A stretch of DNA of 32,000 nucleotides, from positions 900,001-932,000 of the forward strand of contig NZ_JAGIOS010000002.1 in NCBI RefSeq assembly GCF_017876815.1, read 5' to 3'. The notes under the pieces were generated by a model. It saw only the letters and a list, made by a program, of their open reading frames with translations, searched no databases and was not told the origin of the DNA. The position numbers and the translations under genes were made by a program. The stretch is from Sinorhizobium meliloti (GTDB taxonomy: Bacteria > Pseudomonadota > Alphaproteobacteria > Rhizobiales > Rhizobiaceae). Shown here one piece after another: positions 7,519 to 15,392 of the stretch (positions are counted from its first letter, which is position 1; every line of letters begins with the position of its first letter).

Positions 7519-9027
7519 ATGACCATCCGCTATTGTACCCGCGCCGTGGCGCTCTTGACCGCGACGCTCTTTTCCGGCGTCGCGATGGCCGCCGAAGGCG
7601 AGGTGAAGATCGTATTGCCGGAGCAGCCGGCCAACCTCGATCCCTGTCGCTCCATCAGGTCGGATATCGGCCGCATCATCAATTCCAACATTACCGAGAC
7701 CCTGACCGTCATCGACACGGAGAAGGGCACCGTCGGCCCCTGGCTTGCTGAAAAATGGGAGCAGGTGGACGATCTGACCTGGCGTGTGCATCTCAAGAGC
7801 GGCGTCAAGTTTCAGGACGGCGCGGCGTTCGATGCCGAAGCGGTGGTCAAGTCCATCAACCGCCTGATGAACCCCGGCCTCACCTGCGACAGCCGCTCGA
7901 AATTCGGCGACGTCAAGCTGACGCCGAAAGCGGTCGATGCGCAGACGGTGGAGATCTCCTCCGACAGCCCGGTGCCGATCATGCCGACGCTGCTCGGCAC
8001 CGTGCAGATCGTCTCCCCCAACATGCCGTTCGACAAGGAAAGCAACGATCCCGTCGGCACGGGACCCTATGTGGTCGAAAGCAAGTCCAACGAGCAGATC
8101 GTCCTGAAGCGTCACGATGCTTACTGGGGCGCCAAGCCGGACGTCACGCGCGCAACCTATGTCTGGCGCAGCGAGTCGGCCATCCGGGCGGCCATGGTCG
8201 AATCCGGCGAAGCGGACATGACCCCATCCATCGCCGTGCAGGACGCCACCAATGCCGAGTCTGACTTTGCCTATCTGAACTCCGAGACGACCCGCATGCG
8301 CATCGATGCGCAGATCCCGCCGCTCGATGATGTCCGCATCCGCAAGGCGCTCAACATGGCTATCGACTGGGACGGCATGGGCGAAGCGCTGTTCGGCAAG
8401 GACGTCCTGCGGGCCTCGCAAATGGTCGTTCCGGGCGTGCGCGGCCACAATCCCGATATCAAGCCATGGACCTACAATCCCGAAGAGGCGATGAAGCTGG
8501 TCGAGAAAGCCAAGGCCGCAGGCGCTCCGGTCGACAAGGAGATCGTGCTGATCGGGCGCAACGGCTTCTTCCCGAACTCGGCCGAAAGCCTCGAAGCGAT
8601 GCGATCCATGTGGCAGGAGATCGGGCTCAACGTCTCGATACGCCAGCTCGAAGCGGCCGACTGGGTGCGCTATCTCGACAAGCCCTTCCCGGAGGGACGC
8701 GGGCCGACGCTTTTCCAGCAGCAGCACGACAACAATACGGGCGACGCCGGGTTTACCGCTCCGGTCATGTATCTGAGCGAGGGACAATATTCGACGATCG
8801 CCGATCCCGACCTCGACGTCGTGTTGAAGAAAGCCATGGCCGCGACCGGCGACGAGCGTGAAAAGCTGTTTCAGGAGGTCTTCGCGAAGGTGCACGACGA
8901 AATCGTCGCAGACGTGCCGATGTACCACATGATCGGCTATGTCCGCGTCGGCTCGCGCCTCGACTGGAAGCCGGATCTCAAGACGAACAGCGAGATCGCG
9001 CTCTCCGAGATCCATTTCAAGGACTGA
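7519..9027 (+). CDS. ABC transporter substrate-binding protein, family 5 (DppA/OppA/NikA/opine-binding type)
   Basis: ATG 7519 is preceded by GAGGAGGAG. Signal peptide MTIRYCTRAVALLTATLFSGVAMA/AEGE. About 500 aa with family-5-like blocks (KFQDGAAFDAEAVVKSINR, VGTGPYVVES, DIKPWTYNPEEAMKLV). Confidence 0.85.
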   Translation: MTIRYCTRAVALLTATLFSGVAMAAEGEVKIVLPEQPANLDPCRSIRSDIGRIINSNITETLTVIDTEKGTVGPWLAEKWEQVDDLTWRVHLKSGVKFQDGAAFDAEAVVKSINRLMNPGLTCDSRSKFGDVKLTPKAVDAQTVEISSDSPVPIMPTLLGTVQIVSPNMPFDKESNDPVGTGPYVVESKSNEQIVLKRHDAYWGAKPDVTRATYVWRSESAIRAAMVESGEADMTPSIAVQDATNAESDFAYLNSETTRMRIDAQIPPLDDVRIRKALNMAIDWDGMGEALFGKDVLRASQMVVPGVRGHNPDIKPWTYNPEEAMKLVEKAKAAGAPVDKEIVLIGRNGFFPNSAESLEAMRSMWQEIGLNVSIRQLEAADWVRYLDKPFPEGRGPTLFQQQHDNNTGDAGFTAPVMYLSEGQYSTIADPDLDVVLKKAMAATGDEREKLFQEVFAKVHDEIVADVPMYHMIGYVRVGSRLDWKPDLKTNSEIALSEIHFKD

Positions 9028-9041
9028 CGAACCCGACCTGC

Positions 9042-9068
9042 CGCCGCGGCGTGTCTCACGTCGCGGCG
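9042..9068 (+). other. GC-rich intercistronic stem-loop just after the SBP gene
   Basis: CGCCGCGGCGT-gtctc-ACGTCGCGGCG: an 11-bp stem with one G-U pair, no U-tract. This position after SBP genes is typical of elements that set differential mRNA stability. Confidence 0.45.
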
Positions 9069-9099
9069 CCCTCCTTGATTACGGTGGAAAGGAAACGCC

Positions 9100-10023
9100 G
9101 TGTTCGCTTTCATTCTCAGACGCGCCGGCCAGAGCCTGATCGCGGTGATCGGACTTCTGGTGCTCGTCTTCTTCCTCTCGAGGCTTACCGGCGATCCGGC
9201 CTATCTCTATCTGCCGCTCGATTCTTCCGAAGCGCAGCGTCAGGCCTTCTCGGAGACGCACGGCTTCAACGATCCTCTTGTCGTGCAATTCGGCCGTTAC
9301 CTTGTCGATCTCGCCCGATTCGATTTCGGGGACGCGCTGAGCCGCAACCGGCCGGCCATGGAAGTCGCGCTCGAGGCCTTTCCGCAAACGCTGAAGCTCG
9401 CCGTGATCGCGATCGTTCTTTCTCTCTGTTTCGCCGTCGTCGTCGGGTCGCTTGCCGCGGCACGCCCGAACAGCCTGTTCGACAAGATCGCGAGCACCGC
9501 GTCGCTTGCGGGCGCCAGCGCCCCGGATTTCTGGGTTGCGATCGTGGCGATCCTTGTCTTCTCCGTCGGACTGGGCCTGCTTCCGACCTCCGGGACGGGA
9601 ACGGCGCTGCATTGGATCATGCCGATCTTCGTTCTGACCCTCAGACCCTTCGGCCTGCTGGTCCAGGTCGTTCGCGGCACGATGATGGGTGCGCTTGCCT
9701 CGCCCTATGTGAAGACGGCGCGGGCCAAGGGCGTGAACCGGTCCCGGATCGTCTTCCGCCACGCCCTGCGCAACTCGCTGCTCCCGGTCATCACCGTCGC
9801 CGGCGACCTTGCCGCCAGCCTCGTCAACGGCGCCGTCGTCGTGGAAACCATCTTCGGCTGGCCGGGGATCGGCAAGCTCATGATCGACGCGATCGTGCGG
9901 CGCGACTTCGCGCTCATCCAGGCGACGGTGCTGGTGACGGCGATTGCCATTTTCGTTCTGAACATCGCGATAGACCTCGTCTATGCGCGGCTCGATCCAC
10001 GCATAAGGTTTGAAACGAGATGA
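9100..10023 (+). CDS. ABC transporter permease (DppB/OppB-like)
   Basis: GTG 9100 follows GGAAAGGAAA. N-terminus FAFILRRAGQSLIAVIGLLVLVFFLSRLTGDP is the typical DppB-type start. Six-TM pattern. Confidence 0.85.
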   Translation: MFAFILRRAGQSLIAVIGLLVLVFFLSRLTGDPAYLYLPLDSSEAQRQAFSETHGFNDPLVVQFGRYLVDLARFDFGDALSRNRPAMEVALEAFPQTLKLAVIAIVLSLCFAVVVGSLAAARPNSLFDKIASTASLAGASAPDFWVAIVAILVFSVGLGLLPTSGTGTALHWIMPIFVLTLRPFGLLVQVVRGTMMGALASPYVKTARAKGVNRSRIVFRHALRNSLLPVITVAGDLAASLVNGAVVVETIFGWPGIGKLMIDAIVRRDFALIQATVLVTAIAIFVLNIAIDLVYARLDPRIRFETR

Positions 10024-10967
10024 GCGCGACGGCCATGACGACTTCCGCCGATACCCCCGAGACGAAAGTCTCGCGTTTTCAGATACTGCGCCTCATCAGC
10101 CGGGACTGGCTGGCGCTCGCCGCGGTGATCTTCCTGCTGCTCGTGGTCGCATGCGCCGTCTTCGGTCCGTGGCTGATGGGCGACCTCATCGACAAACCCA
10201 ATTTCCGCGCCCGAAACATGGCGCCGTTCAGCCTGTCCCAGGGTTGGACTTACGTGCTCGGCGCCGACACGCTCGGCCGCAGCCTGCTCGCGCGGCTCGT
10301 GGTGGGTGCGCAGAACACGATCGGCATCGCGTTCTTTGCGGTGTTCTGCTCGGTCGTGATCGGCGGCATGCTCGGCTTGATTGCCGGCTATTCGCGAGGC
10401 GCCGCCGGCACGATGATCATGCGCGGTGCTGACATCGTGATGAGCTTTCCTTCGCTGCTTTTGGCGCTGATCGTCCTCTTCAGCCTTGGCCCTTCCGTCA
10501 CCAATCTCATACTGGTGCTCGCGATCACCCGCGTGCCGATCTATCTGCGCACAACGCGTGCGGAAGTGCTCGAGGTGAGAGAGCGGATGTTCGTCAGCGC
10601 CGCCGTCGCGCTCGGCGCCAACCACACGCGCATCCTTTTCCGTCACATCGCGCCGATCGTGCTGCCGACGCTGGTCACGATCGGCGCCATCGACTTCGCA
10701 ACCGTTGTTCTTGCCGAGTCGTCGCTGAGCTTCCTCGGCCTCGGCATACAGGCGCCTGAGTTCACCTGGGGCGCCATGGTCGCCACCGGCCGCGGCTATC
10801 TCTCGACCGCCTGGTGGATCGCCTTCTGGCCCGGACTCGCGATCCTCTTGACCACGCTTTCGCTCAATATCCTGTCGAGCTGGTGGCGCACCTATGCCGA
10901 TCCGCAGCAGCGCTGGCGGATCGAACTCGCCCGCTCCAAGAAGGGCATTCCGGAGAAACGCAAATGA
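10020..10967 (+). CDS. ABC transporter permease (DppC/OppC-like)
   Basis: ATGA start/stop overlap with the upstream permease. DppC-like blocks LGADTLGRSLLARLVVGAQ and ESSLSFLGLGIQAPEFTWG. Confidence 0.85.
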   Translation: MSATAMTTSADTPETKVSRFQILRLISRDWLALAAVIFLLLVVACAVFGPWLMGDLIDKPNFRARNMAPFSLSQGWTYVLGADTLGRSLLARLVVGAQNTIGIAFFAVFCSVVIGGMLGLIAGYSRGAAGTMIMRGADIVMSFPSLLLALIVLFSLGPSVTNLILVLAITRVPIYLRTTRAEVLEVRERMFVSAAVALGANHTRILFRHIAPIVLPTLVTIGAIDFATVVLAESSLSFLGLGIQAPEFTWGAMVATGRGYLSTAWWIAFWPGLAILLTTLSLNILSSWWRTYADPQQRWRIELARSKKGIPEKRK

Positions 10968-12604
10968 CCGGCCCACACCTCCTCGAGGTCAAGGATCTGA
11001 CCGTGGATTTCCTGTCGCTCGGCGGTGCCTTCCGTGCGACGAGCGGGCTCAGCTTTCATGTCGACGCCGGCGAGACGCTCGTGATCCTGGGCGAGTCCGG
11101 CTCCGGCAAGTCGGTCAGCGCCAGTGCGATCATGGGGCTCATCGACACGCCTCCGGGCGATATCTGCGCCGGGTCGGTCGCCTATCGCGGACGCGATCTC
11201 TCCTCGCTTTCCGAGGGGGAGCGGCGGGACCTCAACGGCCGCAGGATCGCGATGATCTTCCAGGACCCGCTGTCGCATCTGAACCCCGTCTATACGATCG
11301 GCTGGCAGCTGGAGGAGGTCTTCACTGTCCACGGAGTGGCGAGCGGTGCCGAGGCTCGGCAGAGGGCGATCGAGATATTGGGGCGCGTGGGCATCCCGGA
11401 GCCGGAGAAGCGCATCGATCAGTATCCGCACCAGTTTTCCGGCGGCCAGCGCCAGCGCATCATGATCGGCATGGCGATCGCGCTCAGGCCGGAAATCCTG
11501 ATTGCCGACGAGCCGACGACGGCGCTCGACGTGAGCGTGCAAGCGCAGATCCTCGAGCTTTTGAAGAAGCTGCAGGCCGAAGACGGCCTTGCCATCATCA
11601 TGATCACCCATGACCTCGAGGTGGCCGCGAACATGGCCGACCGGGTGATCGTCATGAAGTCCGGCCGCATCGTGGAGGAGGGCGAAGCCCGCGCCGTCTT
11701 CGAAAATCCCGCCCACAGCTATACGCGGACGTTGATCAACGCCCTCCCGCATGCCGATGATAGAGCGCCGCCGAGGCCGGCGAGGCCGGCCGGGAAACCG
11801 ATCCTGGAAGTGAAGAACATCGACAAGTTCTATACGCTCTCGTCCGGGTTTTTTGCGAAGCCGGCGCGATTGCATGCGGTCAAGAACCTGAGCTTCGACG
11901 TCGCAGCCGGCGAGACGATCGGGATCGTTGGCGAGAGCGGCTCCGGCAAGTCGACCGTCGCACGCGTGCTTCTGGGCCTGAACGAGGCTTCCGGCGGCGA
12001 GGCGCTGTTTCACGGACGCGACGTCCTGAAGATGGACCGCAAGCAACTGCTGGCCTTCCGCCGGAAGGTGCAGATGGTGTTTCAGGACCCCTATAGTTCG
12101 ATGAACCCGCGCATGACGGTGTTCGACATCGTCTCGGAGCCGTGGCGCATCCACAAGGACATTCTGGAGAAGACGCGCTGGCGCGACCGTGTCACCGAAT
12201 TGCTGGGGCTCGTCGGCCTGAACCCCGAGCACGCCAAACGCTATCCGCACCAGTTCTCAGGGGGCCAGCGGCAGCGCATCGCCATTGCCCGGGCGCTTGC
12301 CTGCGATCCGGAGCTCGTCGTCTGCGACGAGGCCGTCTCGGCGCTCGACGTCTCGGTGCAGGTGCAGGTCATCGACCTTCTGGCGGAATTGCGTGACCGG
12401 CTGGGCCTCGCCTACATCTTCATAACCCATGATCTGCCGATCGTTCGTCACTTTGCCGATCGCATCATCGTCATGAAGAGCGGCGAGATCGTCGAGCATG
12501 CGACGACGGAAGAGATCTTCCGCAATCCGCAACATGCCTATACGCGCCAGCTCATCAATGCGACTCCGAAGCCGAAGTGGCAGACAGCCGCCGACGCGGC
12601 ATGA
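10964..12604 (+). CDS. fused two-domain ABC ATPase (DppD-DppF-like)
   Basis: ATGA overlap with the permease stop. Two Walker A motifs ([24 protein letters not shown]). Two signature-like motifs (FSGGQRQR twice). The track start at 10814 overlaps the permease and is rejected. Confidence 0.9.
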   Translation: MTGPHLLEVKDLTVDFLSLGGAFRATSGLSFHVDAGETLVILGESGSGKSVSASAIMGLIDTPPGDICAGSVAYRGRDLSSLSEGERRDLNGRRIAMIFQDPLSHLNPVYTIGWQLEEVFTVHGVASGAEARQRAIEILGRVGIPEPEKRIDQYPHQFSGGQRQRIMIGMAIALRPEILIADEPTTALDVSVQAQILELLKKLQAEDGLAIIMITHDLEVAANMADRVIVMKSGRIVEEGEARAVFENPAHSYTRTLINALPHADDRAPPRPARPAGKPILEVKNIDKFYTLSSGFFAKPARLHAVKNLSFDVAAGETIGIVGESGSGKSTVARVLLGLNEASGGEALFHGRDVLKMDRKQLLAFRRKVQMVFQDPYSSMNPRMTVFDIVSEPWRIHKDILEKTRWRDRVTELLGLVGLNPEHAKRYPHQFSGGQRQRIAIARALACDPELVVCDEAVSALDVSVQVQVIDLLAELRDRLGLAYIFITHDLPIVRHFADRIIVMKSGEIVEHATTEEIFRNPQHAYTRQLINATPKPKWQTAADAA

Positions 12605-13488
12605 AGAAGATCGCCCTGCCTGCGGTGGTCGCAGGAGCCCTGTTGATGGGGGCAAATTCCCTGGTCGCGGCGATGGACGGCGTCATCGTGCGCTTCGTGG
12701 CCGGGGAGGTCCACCCGATCGGCATCGTCTTCTTCCGTAACCTTGCCAGCCTGATCGCGCTCTATCTGCTGCTGTGCCGCCGCGGCTTTCCGCTCGGCTT
12801 CGCGCAATCCAGCGGTCGGGCGATGCATTTCTCCGTCCATGCGATCAGGGCCGTCATCAAGCTTCTTGCGCTCGTCGCGGCCTTCATTGCCGTCACCGAG
12901 ATACCTTTGGCCTCCGCGACCGCGATCGCCTTCACCATGCCTCTCTTCGTCGCGCTCGGGTCGGTACTTTTCCTCGGTGAGCGGTTCTCGGCCGCCCGGG
13001 TCTTCGGCCTCGTTGCCGGCTTCGCCGGTATTCTGATCGTCGTCAGGCCGGGCGGCGCAACCTTCCAGTCAGGCGCGGCCTGGGCGCTGGCGTCAGCGGT
13101 CGGCCTCGCCATCGTCGCGCTGTTGATGAAGGTTTCGGCCGAACGTGAGGACCCGCTCAGCATCGCCTGGCTTAACCTGCTCGTGACGGTCCCCGTGGCT
13201 TTCGTCATGGCTCTGCCTTTCTGGCAGACGCCTTCGCTGTTCAGCCTCGCGCTGATGACGCTGCAGGGCATCGGCGGCCTTTTCGCCCAGCTATCCTTCG
13301 CGAGGGCAATGAAGCTCGCCGACGCTTCGCTGCTGGTTATCGTGGATTTCATCCGGCTGCCGATCGCCCTCATCCTTGGCCTCGTGCTCTTCGGCGAGCC
13401 GATCCGGCTGGAGGTCGTGATCGGCGGAGCGATCATCCTCGGGGCGATCGCGTTGCTCTTTCACCGCGAGGGGAGGAGGCGAGGATAG
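12601..13488 (+). CDS. DMT-superfamily (EamA-like) transporter
   Basis: ATG 12601 overlaps the ATPase stop (ATGA). About 10 hydrophobic helices in two EamA-like halves. The alternative GTG at 12577 is not excluded. Confidence 0.75.
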   Translation: MKKIALPAVVAGALLMGANSLVAAMDGVIVRFVAGEVHPIGIVFFRNLASLIALYLLLCRRGFPLGFAQSSGRAMHFSVHAIRAVIKLLALVAAFIAVTEIPLASATAIAFTMPLFVALGSVLFLGERFSAARVFGLVAGFAGILIVVRPGGATFQSGAAWALASAVGLAIVALLMKVSAEREDPLSIAWLNLLVTVPVAFVMALPFWQTPSLFSLALMTLQGIGGLFAQLSFARAMKLADASLLVIVDFIRLPIALILGLVLFGEPIRLEVVIGGAIILGAIALLFHREGRRRG

Positions 13489-13524
13489 GGGCGGGTCCGC
13501 GAGCGCGCAACGCAAGGAACGAAT

Positions 13525-13692
13525 GCCCCTCCCCAACCCCTCCCCACAGGCCCCCACAGGTGGGAGGGGCTAACCGGCCGTGGCCTCGTCGCCTCTCTGA
13601 CCGTCGCGACAGTCTCAAGGTTCTGGGGAATGGCAATCGGGTGCAACGGGCGCCAGAGCCCCTCCCACCTGTGGGGAGGGGTTGGGGAGGGG
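13525..13692. repeat. REP-like / intergenic mosaic element: 25-bp perfect inverted repeats made of G-quadruplex motifs
   Basis: 13526-13550 CCCCTCCCCAACCCCTCCCCACAGG is the exact reverse complement of 13668-13692. A second 19-nt arm, 13552-13570 CCCCACAGGTGGGAGGGGC, pairs with 13658-13676. It lies between the stop codons of two convergent operons. Confidence 0.85.
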
Positions 13693-13705
13693 TTTTTGCG
13701 AACGA

Positions 13706-14638
13706 TCACGCGCTTCGGCTCTCGAAATGTTCCACCAATGCGGCAACCATGCTGTCGCCCATCTGTTGCCGCGTCTCGCGCGTACCGCTGCCCATGTGCG
13801 GCGACAGGACGACGCGCGGATCGGTGCGGAGCGCTTCCGGGACGAAAGGCTCCTTCTCGAAGACGTCGAGGGCCGCGCCGGCGATCCCGTTTCCGGCCAG
13901 CGCCGTGATGAGCGCCTGTTCGTCGACGATCGTGCCGCGCGAGACGTTCACCAGATAGCCTTCCGGGCCAAGGCTCGCGAGCACGGCGGCATTGACGAGG
14001 CCGATCGTCTCGGGACTCGCAGGACAGGTGACGATCAGGAGATCGGCCCAGGCCGCGAGCGCCTCGATGCCGTCGAAATACGGAAGGTCGACAGGCTTGC
14101 GTCTCGGGCCGTAATAGGCGGTCGGCGCTCCCATCACGCTCAGCCGGACGGCGACCGCCGAGCCGATATGTCCAAGCCCGACGATCCCCGTCTTCATCGA
14201 TCTCAGCGAGCGGCCGAGCGGGAAGGCGCTCCCGCCCCACTTGCCCTCGCGCACGAAATCGTGGCCGCGCATGAGGCCGCGCGTGGCCGAAATGCTCAGT
14301 GCAAGCGCAAGATCGGCGACATCCTCGGCAAGGATCTTCGACGTGTTGCGGACGACGACGTCACGGGCATGCGCGGTCTCGACATCGATGCCGTCGAGAC
14401 CGGCGCTGTAGCTGGAGATGATCTCCAGCGCCGGCAGGCGGTCGAGCATGGCCGCATCGATATGGGCGTGCCTGACGGCGATGCCACGAATACGCGCTCC
14501 GTACTCGGAAAGAAACGGCCCGATCGCCGAGGCATCCTTCGGCAGCCGGACGGTATTGAAGGTTTCCTTCAGTTCCAGATCGGTCTTTTCCGGCAGTTCG
14601 GCGGCCTGAAGGATGGTTATGTCCCGGAGCATCGTCAT
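13706..14638 (-). CDS. D-isomer-specific 2-hydroxyacid dehydrogenase family (glyoxylate/hydroxypyruvate reductase-like)
   Basis: NAD motif GIVGLGHIGSAVA. Catalytic-region blocks LVNVSRG, LDVFEKEP and SPHMGSGT. Confidence 0.85.
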   Translation of the reverse strand: MTMLRDITILQAAELPEKTDLELKETFNTVRLPKDASAIGPFLSEYGARIRGIAVRHAHIDAAMLDRLPALEIISSYSAGLDGIDVETAHARDVVVRNTSKILAEDVADLALALSISATRGLMRGHDFVREGKWGGSAFPLGRSLRSMKTGIVGLGHIGSAVAVRLSVMGAPTAYYGPRRKPVDLPYFDGIEALAAWADLLIVTCPASPETIGLVNAAVLASLGPEGYLVNVSRGTIVDEQALITALAGNGIAGAALDVFEKEPFVPEALRTDPRVVLSPHMGSGTRETRQQMGDSMVAALVEHFESRSA

Positions 14639-14640
14639 GC

Positions 14641-15366
14641 CTAGCGTCCCTTGGTCCGGCGCCAGGCTGCGAATTCCGTCTTCGTCTCATCCTTGGTGGC
14701 GGGATAGAGGCCGATGATGGAGCGTCCCTTCAGGACTTCCTCGGTGACGAAGTCTTCGAAGGCCGTCATCTCGACGGCTTCGGCGGCGATCTCGTCGGCA
14801 AGATGCGCGGGCACGACGACCACGCCTTCGCGATCCCCGACGACGACGTCTCCCGGCCAGACGGCGACGTCGCCGCAGCCGATCGGAACGTTGATGTCGA
14901 GCGCCTGGTGCAGCGTCAGGTTCGTCGGCGCGGAAGGACGGCTGTGATAGGCGGGGATGTCGAGCTCCCCGATTTCCGGGCTGTCCCGGAAACCGCCGTC
15001 GGTGACGACGCCGGCGACGCCGCGCACCATCAGCCGCGAAACCAGGATCGAACCCGCGGAAGCCGCCCGCGGATCCTTCCGGCTATCCATCACCATGACG
15101 AAACCGGGTGGGCACTTCTCCACGGCCGCGCGCTGCGGGTGTTCGGGATTTTGAAAGGCGGAAAGCTGGTTCAGGTCTTCTCGCGCCGGGATGTATCGAA
15201 GGGTAAAGGCCTGGCCGACCATGTTCTTCGCTTTCGGCGCGACCGGACGAACGTCCTGGATGAACTGGTTGCGAAGGCCGCGCTTGAAGAGGGCGGTGCA
15301 CAAGGTGGCGCAGCTTACGCCTTCGAATTTCCTGCGTGTCTCGTCGGACAGAACATAGGTGGTCAT
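14641..15366 (-). CDS. RraA-family protein / 4-hydroxy-4-methyl-2-oxoglutarate (HMG/CHA) aldolase-like
   Basis: 241 aa. Blocks ATLCTALFKRGL, GSILVSRLMVRGVAGVVTDGGFRDS and GDVVVGDREGVVVVP are typical of the RraA/HMG-aldolase fold. ATG preceded by GGGAGGAAAC. Confidence 0.75.
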   Translation of the reverse strand: MTTYVLSDETRRKFEGVSCATLCTALFKRGLRNQFIQDVRPVAPKAKNMVGQAFTLRYIPAREDLNQLSAFQNPEHPQRAAVEKCPPGFVMVMDSRKDPRAASAGSILVSRLMVRGVAGVVTDGGFRDSPEIGELDIPAYHSRPSAPTNLTLHQALDINVPIGCGDVAVWPGDVVVGDREGVVVVPAHLADEIAAEAVEMTAFEDFVTEEVLKGRSIIGLYPATKDETKTEFAAWRRTKGR

Positions 15367-15392
15367 GTTTCCTCCCTGGGAAGTTCGTGAAA

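Noticed and set aside
7435-9015. 526-aa ORF antisense to the family-5 SBP gene
   Set aside because: No signal peptide, RBS or domain pattern. The + strand encodes a clear SBP with a signal peptide.
10892-12250. 452-aa ORF antisense to the fused ABC ATPase
   Set aside because: The + strand carries two complete Walker A / signature sets. The antisense frame is Arg/Asp-rich with no motifs.
13525-13692. Possible CRISPR array, because of the repeated G-rich units
   Set aside because: There are only two copies, in inverted rather than direct orientation. There are no regularly spaced spacers and no cas genes in the window.
13433-13958. Short ORFs across the REP-like element (for example 13433..13636 -, 13560..13958 +, 13630..13908 +)
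   Set aside because: Their peptides (…GGLWGGVGEG…, …GRGWGGV…) are just translations of the G/C-tract repeat. They overlap the real 2-hydroxyacid dehydrogenase gene or intergenic DNA and have no RBS.
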